A stretch of 64,000 nt of DNA. Source: Sphaerisporangium sp. (GTDB lineage: Bacteria; Actinomycetota; Actinomycetes; Streptosporangiales; Streptosporangiaceae). The number at the start of each line of letters is the position of its first letter. The first letter of the stretch is position 1. The notes below the pieces were generated by a model. It had not been told where the DNA came from. It did no database searches and worked only from the letters and a program-made list of their open reading frames with translations. Below are positions 12,970-23,407 of this stretch, piece after piece. Both the position numbers and the translations under genes were made by a program. Location: the NCBI GenBank assembly GCA_025964675.1, contig JAOPYI010000193.1, forward strand, positions 53,029 through 117,028. The letters are read 5' to 3'.

Positions 12970-13689
12970 GTGGGTATGGATCCGGACACGTTCCGTGGCG
13001 ACGTCGGCGTAGAGGGGCCGGACGTCTATTGGCGCCGCAGGGTGTCGGTGCTGACCGGCGCCCTTGTCGTGGTCGCCGTCGTGGCATGGGCCTGCACGAG
13101 CGCGTCCGGGGGGTCGGGGCCGAGCCCCGGAGGGCACCACGCGCCCGTGGGGTCGAAGGACCCGGGCTCCCACGCGAGCGCGACACCCTCGACGTCGCAG
13201 ACACCCACCGCGACCTCCACCACGACGGGGAAGTCGGTGGCCTCGCGGCCTCCGGTGACCCTGACGCCCTCGCCGGCTCCCAGCCGCACGAGGCGCCCAG
13301 GCGACCCCTGTGAGAAGGCCGACCTCGTCGTCAGCCTCCGGGGCGAGTCCGAGGTCTACTCCAGCAAGGGAGCGCCGAGGTTCCTGCTGACCATCGTCAA
13401 CCTCGGCCGCGTCGACTGCACGGTGGACGTCGGGCCCCGTGCGGTGGAGGTGCGCATCACCTCAGGGGACGACCGGGTCTGGTCGACCGCCGACTGCGTG
13501 AGCGGTGACGGCACCGACGTCCGGCGGATGGCACGCGGGGTGCCCCACGTGAGAATGGTCAACTGGGACCGGCGCCGGTCGGCGCCCGACTGCCGGGCCG
13601 CCCGTCCGAAGGCCCATGACGGCACCTACGTCGCCATGGCACGCCTGGGCGCCGCGAAGAGCTCCAAGGTGGTCTTCCACCTACGCTGA
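12970..13689 (+). CDS. Conserved actinobacterial membrane-anchored protein (Rv3587c-like)
   Basis: VYWRRRV plus a single TM, Ser/Thr/Pro linker, C-terminal Cys-containing domain (RVWSTADC, WDRRRSAPDC); convergent with disA, as in Mycobacterium. Confidence 0.8.
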   Translation: MGMDPDTFRGDVGVEGPDVYWRRRVSVLTGALVVVAVVAWACTSASGGSGPSPGGHHAPVGSKDPGSHASATPSTSQTPTATSTTTGKSVASRPPVTLTPSPAPSRTRRPGDPCEKADLVVSLRGESEVYSSKGAPRFLLTIVNLGRVDCTVDVGPRAVEVRITSGDDRVWSTADCVSGDGTDVRRMARGVPHVRMVNWDRRRSAPDCRAARPKAHDGTYVAMARLGAAKSSKVVFHLR

Positions 13690-13710
13690 CGGGCCGGCGC
13701 GGCGCGCCGC

Positions 13711-14799
13711 TCAGACATACCGCTCCAGGATGGACGCCTCGGCGAGGCGGGACAGGCCCTCCCGCACGTTGCGCGCCCGGGACTCGCCGACGCCGCCCAC
13801 CGACTGGAGGTCGTCGGTGCTCGCCGCCAGGAGCTTCTGGAGGCCTCCGAAATGGTCGACAAGGCGGTCGACGACGCTGCCGGGGAGCCGGGGCACCTTG
13901 GCCAGCAGCCGGAACCCCCGGGGGCTCACCGGCCCGTCCAGAGCCTCCGCTCCCGCGTGGCCGAGGACACGCGCGACGGCCATCAGATCGAGCAGGTCGC
14001 CGGGGGACAGGCGGTCGAGCTCCGCGAGCGACTCGGCCACCCTGCGAGGCCGGCGGCCGGGGGCGGCCGGCAGGTAGTCACGCATGATCAGGTCGCGGTC
14101 CTCCTCGACGCCGGCGACCAGCTCCGCCAGCTGCAGCGAGAGCAGCCGGCCGTCGGTACCGAGCTCGACGACGTAGCCCTCTATCTCGCCGGCGATGCGG
14201 CGCACCATCTCGAGCCGCTGCACCACGACGGCGACGTCCCGCGCGGTGACCAGGTCCTCGATCTCGAGGGCCGACAGCGTGCCGGAGACCTCGTCGAGAC
14301 GCATCTTGTAGCGCTCGAGGGTCGCGAGGGCCTGGTTGGCCTTGGACAGGATCGCCGCCGACTCCTCCATGACGTAGCGGACGCCGTCGAGGTAGAGCGC
14401 GATGATGCGCATGGACTTGCTGATCGAGATCACCGGGAAGCCGGTCTGGCGTGCCACCCGCTGGGCGGTGCGGTGGCGGGTGCCGGACTCGTTCGTGGGG
14501 ATGCTGGAGTCGGGGACCAGATGGACCGCCGCTCGCACGATCTTGTTGATGGGGTGGGCCAGCACGATGGCGCCGTCCATCTTGGCCAGCTCGCGAAGGC
14601 GCGTCGCGGAGAACTCCACGTCGAGCATGAACCCGCCCGTGCAGACCTCCTCCACCCTCTCGTCATAGCCGAGGACGATCAGGGCGCCGGTGTGCCCACG
14701 GAGAATGCGCTCCAGGCCGTCACGCAGCTCGGTGCCCGGAGCGAGCGTGGCAAGGGTGGATCTTCGCCGCTCGTCGATCCCCTTGCTGGTGTTTGCCAC
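13711..14799 (-). CDS. disA: DNA integrity scanning diadenylate cyclase DisA
   Basis: [16 protein letters not shown] motifs MDGAI and [10 protein letters not shown]-terminal HhH; downstream of radA. Confidence 0.97.
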   Translation of the reverse strand: MANTSKGIDERRRSTLATLAPGTELRDGLERILRGHTGALIVLGYDERVEEVCTGGFMLDVEFSATRLRELAKMDGAIVLAHPINKIVRAAVHLVPDSSIPTNESGTRHRTAQRVARQTGFPVISISKSMRIIALYLDGVRYVMEESAAILSKANQALATLERYKMRLDEVSGTLSALEIEDLVTARDVAVVVQRLEMVRRIAGEIEGYVVELGTDGRLLSLQLAELVAGVEEDRDLIMRDYLPAAPGRRPRRVAESLAELDRLSPGDLLDLMAVARVLGHAGAEALDGPVSPRGFRLLAKVPRLPGSVVDRLVDHFGGLQKLLAASTDDLQSVGGVGESRARNVREGLSRLAEASILERYV

Positions 14800-14866
14800 A
14801 TGGCCCCCGCTGGTCGCTGACGTCGCCCAGTTTACCGGCGAAGTGGCGACCGGACCCGGACAGTGC

Positions 14867-16300
14867 TCAGGTGACGTGCGTGAGCGCGTCCCAGACGTTC
14901 TCAGCCTCTGTGACGTCGAAACCCTGGGAAAAGTTCGTGGTGTGGATGGACGACCTGCTCACCGGCACCGGATGATGGTCGTCGCGCCCGCCGGCGCCCG
15001 CCAATGCGGACGGATCCTGGTCGAGGGAGCCGGCGGGGACCAGCGCGTGGGTGAAGCCCAGCCTGGCGGCCTCGGCCACCCGCCGCCGGACGTCTCTGAC
15101 CGGGCGCAGCTCTCCGGCCAGGCCCACCTCGCCGAGCACGACCAGGCCGGGTGGCAGCGGCCGGTCGCCCGCCGCGCTCGCCACGGCGAGCATCACCGCG
15201 AGGTCGACCGCCGGGTCGCCCAGCCGGATGCCGCCCACGGTGGCGGTGAAGACGTCGCACCCGCTCAGCCGGGCGTTCAGCCGGCGCTCCAGCACCGCGA
15301 GGATCATCGTGACGCGGAAGGGGTCGAGGCCGGAGGACGAGCGGCGCGGCTGCTGGGCCTCGGTCGGGCCGACGAGCGCCTGCACCTCGGCGGGGAGCGG
15401 GCGGGTGCCCTCGACCGTGACGGTGACGCACGTGCCTGGCACGGGCTCCGAGCGCCTCGAGAGGAACAGCCCGCTCGGGTCGGGCAGCCCCACGATGCCG
15501 CTCTCGTTGAGGTCGAAGCAGCCGACCTCCTCAGTGGGGCCGTAGCGGTTCTTGATGGACCTGACCATGCGCAGCCGGGAGTGGCGGTCGCCCTCGAAGT
15601 GCAGCACCACGTCGACCAGATGCTCGAGGACGCGGGGGCCGGCGATCGAGCCGTCCTTCGTCACGTGGCCCACCAGGACGGTGGACATGCCGCGCTCCTT
15701 GGCCAGGCGTACGAGGTTGCCCGTGACCTCGCGCACCTGCGTGACCCCGCCCGGCACCCCTGTGGCGGCGGAGGAGCCGATGGTCTGCACCGAGTCGACG
15801 ATGAGGAGCCGGGGCTGCACCTTCTCGACGTGGCTGACCAGCGCGGCGAGGTCGGTCTCCGCGGCGAGGTAGAGCTGGTCCTGGATGGCGCCGATGCGGT
15901 CGGCGCGCATACGCACCTGGGCGGTCGACTCCTCACCCGTGACATAGAGCACCGTGTCGTGACGCGCCATGCTGGCGGCGGCCTCCAGCAGCAGCGTGGA
16001 CTTGCCGATGCCCGGCTCCCCGGCCAGCAGGACGACGGCGCCGGGCACGAGGCCGCCCCCGAGCACCCGGTCGAGCTCGCCCACGCCGGTGGTGCGCGCC
16101 CGGGCGAACTCGGCCTTGACCTGGCCGATCGGCAGCGCGGGCGAGGAGACCGCGCCGCCCTGGACCACGTGGACCCCCGCGCGGGCGCCCTCCTCGTCGA
16201 CCGTGCCCCACGCCTGGCACTCGCCGCAGCGGCCCACCCATTTGGCGGCCCGCCACCCGCACTCGGCACAGCGGTAACCGAGCTTCTGCGTCTTGGTCAT
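14867..16300 (-). CDS. radA: DNA repair protein RadA/Sms
   Basis: Zn finger [28 protein letters not shown] motif, Lon-like C-terminus. Confidence 0.97.
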   Translation of the reverse strand: MTKTQKLGYRCAECGWRAAKWVGRCGECQAWGTVDEEGARAGVHVVQGGAVSSPALPIGQVKAEFARARTTGVGELDRVLGGGLVPGAVVLLAGEPGIGKSTLLLEAAASMARHDTVLYVTGEESTAQVRMRADRIGAIQDQLYLAAETDLAALVSHVEKVQPRLLIVDSVQTIGSSAATGVPGGVTQVREVTGNLVRLAKERGMSTVLVGHVTKDGSIAGPRVLEHLVDVVLHFEGDRHSRLRMVRSIKNRYGPTEEVGCFDLNESGIVGLPDPSGLFLSRRSEPVPGTCVTVTVEGTRPLPAEVQALVGPTEAQQPRRSSSGLDPFRVTMILAVLERRLNARLSGCDVFTATVGGIRLGDPAVDLAVMLAVASAAGDRPLPPGLVVLGEVGLAGELRPVRDVRRRVAEAARLGFTHALVPAGSLDQDPSALAGAGGRDDHHPVPVSRSSIHTTNFSQGFDVTEAENVWDALTHVT

Positions 16301-16345
16301 GCGGGGCACGTTATCGGCCCGAGCCGACAAACTTCATCGCCCGCC

Positions 16346-16660
16346 TTAGAACTGGCCCTCCAGCTCCGCGAGGAGCAGGCGCTTGGGCTTGGCGCCGATG
16401 ACCTGGCGGACGACCTCGCCGTCCCGGTAGAGGTTGAGGGTGGGGAAGCCCATCACCCCGTAGCGGGCCGCGATCTGCGGGTAGTCATCGGCGTTCAGCT
16501 TGGCGACCGTCAGGCGCTGGACGTACTCGGCGGCGATCTCTTCCAGGATCGGCGCCACCATGCGGCAGGGGGGGCACCACTCGGTCCAGAAGTCCACGAG
16601 CACGGGCTTGTCGCTCGCCAGGACCCGCTCGGCGAAGTTCTCCTCGGTCAGTATGATCAT
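16346..16660 (-). CDS. trxA: Thioredoxin
   Basis: VLVDFWTEWCPPCRMVAP and YGVMGFPTL; start overlaps the MerR stop. Confidence 0.92.
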   Translation of the reverse strand: MIILTEENFAERVLASDKPVLVDFWTEWCPPCRMVAPILEEIAAEYVQRLTVAKLNADDYPQIAARYGVMGFPTLNLYRDGEVVRQVIGAKPKRLLLAELEGQF

Positions 16661-17037
16661 TTCGTTCCTCCGGTTCTCAGCACGCATCCCGGGCAGGCGT
16701 CGGCGAGCTGCGCCTCGACCTCGGCCCGGCGGTGGAGCAGGGTGCGGACCTGCTCGTCGATCTGGGCCAGCTTGCGCCGGTAGACCTCGACCGATTCGGG
16801 GCAGGCGTTTCCGGCGTGGTTGCCGGCCCGCAGGCAGTCCACGAACGGCCGGGCGTCCTCAAGCGTGAAGCCCACCGTGAGAAGAGAGCGGATCTCGGTG
16901 ACCAGCCTGACATCGGACTCGTCGTACTCCCGGTAGCCGTTCGTCGACCGCCGGGCCGAGAGCAGCCCTTGCTGCTCGTAGTAGCGCAGCGCCCGGGTGC
17001 TCACCCCCGCCCGCCTGGCGAGCTCTCCGATCCGCAT
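16657..17037 (-). CDS. MerR-family transcriptional regulator with four C-terminal cysteines
   Basis: MRIGELARRAGVSTRALRYYEQQGLL; DCLRAGNHAGNACP and ACPGC. Confidence 0.93.
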   Translation of the reverse strand: MRIGELARRAGVSTRALRYYEQQGLLSARRSTNGYREYDESDVRLVTEIRSLLTVGFTLEDARPFVDCLRAGNHAGNACPESVEVYRRKLAQIDEQVRTLLHRRAEVEAQLADACPGCVLRTGGTK

Positions 17038-17060
17038 CGGCCCTCCCTGGTACGAGCTCA

Positions 17061-17091
17061 CGCTAACCCTTGACGTCAACGTCAAGGTCAA
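17061..17091 (-). promoter_or_regulatory. MerR-type promoter/operator
   Basis: Minus strand: TTGACC, a 19-20 nt spacer, then TTAGCG/TAGCGT. The spacer contains the dyad CCTTGACG-TCAA-CGTCAAGG (17068-17087). Confidence 0.8.
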
Positions 17092-17121
17092 GCCGATGTG
17101 TCCCTGAGATAGGGGGAAGGG

Positions 17122-17820
17122 TCAAAAGTGGCGCCAGCGCAGGACGTTGGGATAGTCGAGCTCGAGTCCCCGGGTGCGCTCGATCGCCTCCTCGGCCACG
17201 GCGGGGACGAACTCGATGCGAAGGACGTCCTCCAGATCGGCCCGGGAGGAGAAGACCATGCGCAGGTCCAGCTCGCGGCGCTGCCATCCTTGCCGCGACC
17301 AGAACGCCTCCACGGCCGGCGCGGAGTAGGCGGGCACCGTGCGGCTGAACCAGCCGCCGAACGCCCCCCGGGCCGCGTCCAGGTCGACGACGAAAGCGGC
17401 GCCGCCTCGCCGTACGACCCGGGACAGCTCGCGCAGGCCGGGCTCGCAGCCGGGGCCGAAGAAGTAGGCCCACCGGGCCACCGCGACGTCCACGGAGGCG
17501 TCGGGTACCGGGAGTGCCTGGGCGGTGGCCGTGCGCACCGTGACGCCGGGGAGCCCTCGGCAGCGGTCGGCGGCGAGCGCGGCCAGACCCGAGTGCGGCT
17601 CGACGCCCACGACCTCGCGGGCCGTGGCGGCGAAGGCGGGCAGGTGGAAGCCGGTGCCGCAGCCGATGTCGAGGACGACGCCCCCCGTCCATGGCCGGAT
17701 CGCCGAGATGGCGGCGTCCACGACCCCGTCGGGATCGACGGCCCGGTTCTCCAGCTCGTAGGTCCGGGGGGAGTTCCAGATGTTCGGACTGGGGATTGCC
17801 CCGTCCACGATCCGCGCCAT
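17122..17820 (-). CDS. Class I SAM-dependent methyltransferase
   Basis: [29 protein letters not shown]; start estimated. Confidence 0.88.
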   Translation of the reverse strand: MARIVDGAIPSPNIWNSPRTYELENRAVDPDGVVDAAISAIRPWTGGVVLDIGCGTGFHLPAFAATAREVVGVEPHSGLAALAADRCRGLPGVTVRTATAQALPVPDASVDVAVARWAYFFGPGCEPGLRELSRVVRRGGAAFVVDLDAARGAFGGWFSRTVPAYSAPAVEAFWSRQGWQRRELDLRMVFSSRADLEDVLRIEFVPAVAEEAIERTRGLELDYPNVLRWRHF

Positions 17821-17926
17821 GGGACACACGCTAAACCAGCCAGAATGCGTACCGGACGGTTGTGATCTTTGTTGCATCCGGGTTGCGGAGCGCCACCTGG
17901 CCGTGACCCGGCTTAGGCTGGCAGAT

Positions 17927-18742
17927 GTGACCGACGTCATCCGAGTCCCGAACGCCAAGATCGCGTTGTCAACCGCGTCGGTGTATCCAGAGCGCACTCC
18001 GGACGCCTTCGAGCTGGCCGCGCGCCTCGGCTACGACGGCGTCGAGGTCATGGTCGGCGCCGACCCCGTGAGCCAGGACATCGACGTGCTGGAGCGCCTT
18101 TCCGACCACTACCAGCTTCCGGTGCTGGCCGTGCACGCTCCGTGCCTCCTCGTCACCCAGCGGGTTTGGGGCCGTGACCCCTGGGCCAAGCTGGTCAAGG
18201 CGCAGAAGGCCGCCGAGCGGCTCGGCGCGCGCACCGTGGTGGTGCACCCCCCCTTCCGCTGGCAGCGCGACTACGCCCGTGACTTCGAGACCGGGCTCGC
18301 CCGCATGCGCGACGAGACCGACGTGACATTCGCGGTGGAGAACATGTTCCCGCTGCGCGCCCGGGGCGCCGAGGTCGTGCCGTACGCCCCGGGGTGGGAC
18401 CCCGTCGACGAGGACTTCCCGCAGGTCACGCTCGACCTGTCGCACACCGCCGTCTCGGGTTCCGACGCGCTTGAGATGGCGGAGAAGCTCGGCGACCGGC
18501 TCGCCCACCTGCATCTCGCCGACGGTGTCGGCACCACGAACAAGGACGAGCACCTCGTGCCCGGCCGGGGCGGCCAGCCCTGCGCGCGCATCCTTGAGCG
18601 TCTGGCCACCGCCGGATACGGTGGCCTCATCGTGCTCGAGATCAACACGCGCAAGGCCGCCGGGCGCACCGAGCGGATCGACGACCTGGCCGAAGGCCTG
18701 GCGTTCGCCCGGCTGCACTTCGCCGCCTCGTCCACGACATGA
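17927..18742 (+). CDS. Sugar phosphate isomerase/epimerase (AP endonuclease 2-like TIM barrel)
   Basis: [51 protein letters not shown]. Confidence 0.88.
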   Translation: MTDVIRVPNAKIALSTASVYPERTPDAFELAARLGYDGVEVMVGADPVSQDIDVLERLSDHYQLPVLAVHAPCLLVTQRVWGRDPWAKLVKAQKAAERLGARTVVVHPPFRWQRDYARDFETGLARMRDETDVTFAVENMFPLRARGAEVVPYAPGWDPVDEDFPQVTLDLSHTAVSGSDALEMAEKLGDRLAHLHLADGVGTTNKDEHLVPGRGGQPCARILERLATAGYGGLIVLEINTRKAAGRTERIDDLAEGLAFARLHFAASSTT

Positions 18743-18755
18743 TCCAATCGACGCC

Positions 18756-19535
18756 ATGAGCCACGAGGTGTTCAACCGGGTCGCCGAGGCCTACGACGCG
18801 GCGCGGCCGGGATATCCCGAAGGTCTCTACGACGCGCTCTCCACTCTTTCCTCCATCTCGCTGGCCGGTGCGACGGTCGTCGACGTGGGAGCGGGCACGG
18901 GCATCTCGACGCGCGGCCTGCTGTCCAGGGGCGCCCGTGTCGTCGCGGTGGATCCCGGCGAGCGCATGCTGGCCCGCCTCGTGGCCCGCACGGCTTCGGC
19001 CGGCGTGGTCGTGGGTGACGGTAACGCCCTGCCGCTGCGTTCCGGGGTCGCCGACATGGTCTGCTACGCGCAGGCGTGGCACTGGCTGCGTCCCGAGGAG
19101 TCGTTCAAGGAGGCGCTCCGGGTCGTGCGCCCGGGCGGCGCCGTCGCGGCCTGGTGGAACAGCGTCGACCTCGGCACGACCGCGTCCACGAGCGCCGCCG
19201 ACTGGCTGGTGGCCTACGAAGTGCGGCTCGCCGAGACCTGCCCCGGCTACTGGGGGCCGGCCCTGCCCCACTGGAGCATCCCTCCGGTCGCGGCGGTGAT
19301 GACCGATGAGGGGCTGGAGGTCCGCGAGGCGTGGATCCCCTGGACCCGCGACGTGAGCGTCGACGAGTTCCTGCTCGACCTGCGATCCCATTCCTTCGTC
19401 GCGTCGCTGGACGACGGTGCTGTGGAACGCCTGCTGCGGCGGGAGCGCACCCAGTTGCTGAAGGTCTTCGCCGACGGTGAGCTCACGGTGCCGATGCGCG
19501 TATATCTCGCCATCGCCCGGAAGGCGGACGGGTGA
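18756..19535 (+). CDS. Class I SAM-dependent methyltransferase
   Basis: AYDAARPGYP, VVDVGAGTGISTR, CYAQAWHW. Confidence 0.88.
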   Translation: MSHEVFNRVAEAYDAARPGYPEGLYDALSTLSSISLAGATVVDVGAGTGISTRGLLSRGARVVAVDPGERMLARLVARTASAGVVVGDGNALPLRSGVADMVCYAQAWHWLRPEESFKEALRVVRPGGAVAAWWNSVDLGTTASTSAADWLVAYEVRLAETCPGYWGPALPHWSIPPVAAVMTDEGLEVREAWIPWTRDVSVDEFLLDLRSHSFVASLDDGAVERLLRRERTQLLKVFADGELTVPMRVYLAIARKADG

Positions 19536-20158
19536 GCACCACGGGGAACGGCGGCGGCGAAGACGGAGGGGTGAGGACCGAGCGGCGACGTCCGGGCCGG
19601 CGGCCGGGGTCGGCCGACACGCGTGGCGACATCATCACCGCCGCTCGCAAGATCTTCTCCGAGAAGGGCTTCGACAAGGCCACGATCCGGGGCATCGCCC
19701 GCGAGGCCGGGGTCGACCCGGCACTGGTCCACCATTACTTCGACACCAAAGAGGGCATCTTCGTCGCGGCGCTGCGGCTGCCGGTGGACCCTGGCAAGGC
19801 GATCCCCGCCATCATCGAGGGGCCGCGGGATGAGGTCGGCGAGCGCCTGGTGCGGTTCGTGCTGACCATGACGGCCGATCCGCAGGCCCGCGAGCCGATC
19901 ATCGCCCTGATGCGCAGCGCGATGACCAACGAGCAGATCGTCACGATGATCCGTGAGTTCCTCACCAGGGCGGTGCTGGACAGGGTGGTGGAGGGGCTCG
20001 GCATCCCGCCGATCCGCATGGAGATCGCGTTCGCGCAGATGTTCGGCGTGATCCTCGTGCGGTACGTCCTCCGCCTGGAGCCGCTGGCGTCCGTCGAGGT
20101 CGAGGAGCTGGTGGATATCCTGGCCCCCACCATCCAGCGCTATATCGGCGGCAATTGA
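19532..20158 (+). CDS. TetR-family transcriptional regulator
   Basis: HTH ARKIFSEKGFDKATIRGIAREAGVDPALVHHYFDTKEGIF. Confidence 0.93.
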   Translation: MSTTGNGGGEDGGVRTERRRPGRRPGSADTRGDIITAARKIFSEKGFDKATIRGIAREAGVDPALVHHYFDTKEGIFVAALRLPVDPGKAIPAIIEGPRDEVGERLVRFVLTMTADPQAREPIIALMRSAMTNEQIVTMIREFLTRAVLDRVVEGLGIPPIRMEIAFAQMFGVILVRYVLRLEPLASVEVEELVDILAPTIQRYIGGN

Positions 20159-20226
20159 CCGACGCGGACGAGCTTTGGCCAGAGCATTGTTCTAGCATCA
20201 GTCCGACCGATGAGGGGCCATCCCGT

Positions 20227-20256
20227 GTACGCCGGTAAGTTACCGGCGGGTACTAT
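20227..20256 (+). promoter_or_regulatory. Palindromic operator candidate and -10 element upstream of the Fe-S oxidoreductase
   Basis: CGCCGGTAA-G-TTACCGGCG perfect dyad (20230-20248), directly upstream of a -10-like TACTAT (20251-20256). Confidence 0.5.
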
Positions 20257-20332
20257 TCGGAGTGGTCTAGCCGTCACCGTGGATGACCGGTGTGTCTACG
20301 CTGGGCAGCCAACGCCATAGTTTGGAGGACCC

Positions 20333-22480
20333 GTGCTCCTTGTAGCGATCATCGGGCTCGTGATGACCGCCGTGGCGCTCGCGCTCGCGGGTCGTCGCGT
20401 GCTCTGGCTTTACAGCCTGGCCACCAGCGGCCAGCCCGCTCCCGAACGGGTGCGGTACGCCAAGGAGAACATCGGCGCAGAGCTCAAGGCGCAGCTCGTC
20501 GAGGTGTTCGCGCAGAAGAAGCTGCTGAAGTGGACACCCTCGGGTGTCGCGCACTTCGTGGTGTTCTGGGCCTTCGTGATCCTGGCGACGGTCTACCTGG
20601 AGGCGTACGGCTCGCTGATCCAGGGGGCGGTCACAGGGAAGCCCGACTTCCACATCCCTCTCGTCGGCACCTGGCCCGTTCTCGGGTTCCTCCAGGATTT
20701 CATCGCCATCGCTTGCGTCCTCGGCCTGGCGTCCTTCGCGGCCATCCGCATCGCGAACTCGCCGAAGAAGCTGGGACGGGAGTCCCGCTTCGCGGGCTCG
20801 CACCTGGGCGGCGCCTGGCTGATCCTGTTCATGATCTTCAACGTGATCTGGTCGCTGTTCCTGTTCCGCGGCGCGGCGGTCAACACCGGCAACTTCCCGT
20901 ACGGCTCCGGCGCCTTCGGGTCCGAGGCCGCCGCCGCGCTGCTGCGCCCCCTCGGCGCCTCCGTCAACGAGGCCCTCGAGAAGGTCGGCCTGCTGCTGCA
21001 CCTCGGCGTCATGCTGGTGTTCCTCGTGATCGTGGTGAACTCCAAGCACCTGCACATCTTCACGGCGCCCCTGAACGTCATGTTCTCGCGCCGGCCCGAC
21101 GGCCTGGGCGCGGTGCCGGAGATGCGCAGCAACGGCAAGGTGCTCGACTTCGAGGAGGCCGACCCCGACACCGACGTCTTCGGCCGGGGCAAGATCGAGG
21201 ACACGACCTGGAAGGGCTTCCTCGACTTCTACACCTGCACGGAGTGCGGCCGGTGCCAGTCGCAGTGCCCCGCCTGGAACACCGACAAGCCGCTGTCGCC
21301 CAAGATGCTCATCCTCGACCAGCGCGACCACGCCATGGCCATCGCGCCCTACCTGCTCGCCAGCGAGGAAGAGCGGGCCAACCTGCCCGAGGACGTCCTC
21401 GCGCTGGCGGGCAAGCCCCTGGTCGGCGAGAACGGCGTCATCCACCCCGACGTGCTGTGGTCCTGCACCAACTGCGGCGCGTGCGTCGAGCAGTGCCCGG
21501 TCGACATCGAGCACATCGACCACATCATCGACATGCGCCGCTACCAGGTCATGATCGAGTCGAACTTCCCTTCCGAGGCGGGCGTCATGCTCAAGAACCT
21601 CGAGAACAAGGGCAACCCGTGGGGTGTGTCCGAGATGAAGCGGGCCGAGTGGATCGAGGAGCTGGCCTCGCGTGAGGTCGACCCGATCGAGGTCCAGGTC
21701 ATCGACGAGAAGGTCCCCGACGACCTCGAATACCTCTTCTGGGTCGGCTGCGCGGGCGCCCTGGAGGACCGCGCGAAGAAGACCACCAAGGCCGTCGCCG
21801 AGCTGCTCGACATCGCCGGTGTGAAGTTCGGGGTGCTCGGGCCGATGGAGGCGTGCACGGGTGACCCCGCACGCCGTCTGGGCATGGAGTTCCTGTTCAA
21901 CATGCTCGCCCAGCAGAACATCGAGACGCTCAACGAGGCCGGGGTCAAGAAGATCGTGGCCACCTGCCCCCACTGCTTCAACACCCTCGCCAACGAATAC
22001 CCTCAGCTCGGCGGCATGTTCGAGGTGGTGCACCACACCCAGCTCCTGGCCAAGCTGGTCGAGGAGGGCAGGCTCACCCCGATCACCCCCATCGAGGAGA
22101 AGATCACCTACCACGACCCGTGCTTCCTCGGCCGCCACAACAAGGTGTACGCCCAGCCGCGGGACATCATGGCGAAGGTCCCCGGGGTCCAGACCCAGGA
22201 GATGCACCGCTGCAAGGATCGGGGCTTCTGCTGCGGAGCGGGCGGCGCGCGCATGTGGATGGAGGAACGCATCGGCAAGCGCATCAACACCGAGCGCGTG
22301 GACGAGGCCCTGACCACCGACCCGGACACCGTCTCCACCGCCTGCCCGTTCTGCCTGGTCATGCTCGGGGACGCCATCAACGAGAAGAAGAACAGCGGCC
22401 AGGCCAAGGAGTCGCTTGAGGTCGTGGACGTCGCGCAGCTCCTCATCACCTCGGTGAAGGGCCGGCCCGTCAAGGTCTGA
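20333..22480 (+). CDS. Membrane Fe-S oxidoreductase (HdrD/GlpC CCG-domain; EtfD/Rv0338c/FadF-like)
   Basis: N-terminal TM helices, CTECGRCQSQCP, CTNCGACVEQCP, two CCG domains (WVGC...CTG...TCPHC; HDPC...CCG...ACPFC). Confidence 0.9.
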   Translation: MLLVAIIGLVMTAVALALAGRRVLWLYSLATSGQPAPERVRYAKENIGAELKAQLVEVFAQKKLLKWTPSGVAHFVVFWAFVILATVYLEAYGSLIQGAVTGKPDFHIPLVGTWPVLGFLQDFIAIACVLGLASFAAIRIANSPKKLGRESRFAGSHLGGAWLILFMIFNVIWSLFLFRGAAVNTGNFPYGSGAFGSEAAAALLRPLGASVNEALEKVGLLLHLGVMLVFLVIVVNSKHLHIFTAPLNVMFSRRPDGLGAVPEMRSNGKVLDFEEADPDTDVFGRGKIEDTTWKGFLDFYTCTECGRCQSQCPAWNTDKPLSPKMLILDQRDHAMAIAPYLLASEEERANLPEDVLALAGKPLVGENGVIHPDVLWSCTNCGACVEQCPVDIEHIDHIIDMRRYQVMIESNFPSEAGVMLKNLENKGNPWGVSEMKRAEWIEELASREVDPIEVQVIDEKVPDDLEYLFWVGCAGALEDRAKKTTKAVAELLDIAGVKFGVLGPMEACTGDPARRLGMEFLFNMLAQQNIETLNEAGVKKIVATCPHCFNTLANEYPQLGGMFEVVHHTQLLAKLVEEGRLTPITPIEEKITYHDPCFLGRHNKVYAQPRDIMAKVPGVQTQEMHRCKDRGFCCGAGGARMWMEERIGKRINTERVDEALTTDPDTVSTACPFCLVMLGDAINEKKNSGQAKESLEVVDVAQLLITSVKGRPVKV

Positions 22481-22495
22481 CGCGCGACCAGCGAA

Positions 22496-22525
22496 GGCCT
22501 TGCCTAACCGGTGATAGGCAAGGCC
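22496..22525 (+). terminator. Hairpin after the Fe-S oxidoreductase
   Basis: GGCCTTGCCTA-ACCGGTGA-TAGGCAAGGCC. Confidence 0.7.
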
Positions 22526-22603
22526 CGAAAACGTTTCTCCACATAACAGGAAAATCACGGTAACCTCAACGTCGCGGGGCTCATTCGACGGGGAGGGGGC
22601 GCG

Positions 22604-23407
22604 GTGCGCGTTGTCGTGACCGATGCCGAGGTCACTTTGGCCGATGTCCTCTCGCTCCGCCTGGCCATCGAGGAGCCCTTGGCGGAGGGCACGCGGCTCA
22701 TCCTGCGGCAGCGGGGCGTCGGCACCGAGAGCAAGGTGGTGCTGGGCACTCCGGGCGCGGAGGTTCGCGAGGCCTCCGTCGCGGTGTCGCTGGCACCGCT
22801 CGGGCTCAGCCCCGGCCGCTGGGACGCCTACCTCCAGCACGGTGAGAGCGGCACGCGCACCCGCATCCAGTGCGTCGATCCCGGCTTCTCCCTCGACCGG
22901 CTCGACGCCTACGCGCTGAGCCGGCGCACCCTCGCCTACCGGGCCTACCGCACGCTCAACGGCTACCTCGCCGTCAAGATCTCCGGCGCGGAGCCCGTGG
23001 CCGACGTCCGGGCGGTGTGGTTCCGCGAGGGCCGCTTCGAGGTCACCGGACTGCTGGCCTACACCGGGTTCGACGACGACGACTCCCACCACGCGGCCCG
23101 CCTCGCCCTGCGCCGTACGGCGGGCCCGGAGACGGCGGTGACGGCGGCCGCGACCGTGAACGGGGTGCGGTTCCACGCCGCCCTGTCCCTGTGCGACGTG
23201 ATCGCCGCGACGCCGGAGTACGAAGGGCTGTGGGAGCCGTCACTGGAGGTCGACGGCATCGACGTGCCGCTGCCCCTCGGCGCGCGGATCGACGACGTCG
23301 ACGGTAAGCGGCGCCGGGTGCAGTACCCCGACACCAAGGTGGACGGCGTGCCGGTCCGCCCGTGCTACACCGTGGACGACGAGCTGCGTCTTGAGGTGGG
23401 TGGATGA
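22604..23407 (+). CDS. Hypothetical beta-rich protein, probably linked to cell-wall glycopolymer synthesis
   Basis: Strong GC3 codon bias; PGRWDAYL, AYRAYRT.NGYLAVK and RPCYT.DDEL motifs recall domains fused to actinomycete wall-polymer glycosyltransferases; overlaps the GT4 start. Confidence 0.7.
   Translation: MRVVVTDAEVTLADVLSLRLAIEEPLAEGTRLILRQRGVGTESKVVLGTPGAEVREASVAVSLAPLGLSPGRWDAYLQHGESGTRTRIQCVDPGFSLDRLDAYALSRRTLAYRAYRTLNGYLAVKISGAEPVADVRAVWFREGRFEVTGLLAYTGFDDDDSHHAARLALRRTAGPETAVTAAATVNGVRFHAALSLCDVIAATPEYEGLWEPSLEVDGIDVPLPLGARIDDVDGKRRRVQYPDTKVDGVPVRPCYTVDDELRLEVGG

Noticed and set aside
13711-14867. Search for a c-di-AMP (ydaO) or other riboswitch, prompted by disA
   Set aside because: No recognisable riboswitch consensus seen here or in other leaders of the window.
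14900-15040. Low-complexity insertion near the RadA C-terminus
   Set aside because: Variable loops here are common in actinomycete RadA; the frame is intact.
20267-23176. 969-aa minus-strand ORF
   Set aside because: Antisense shadow of the Fe-S oxidoreductase. The same applies to the long alternative ORFs over radA, betA, dmg and sox.
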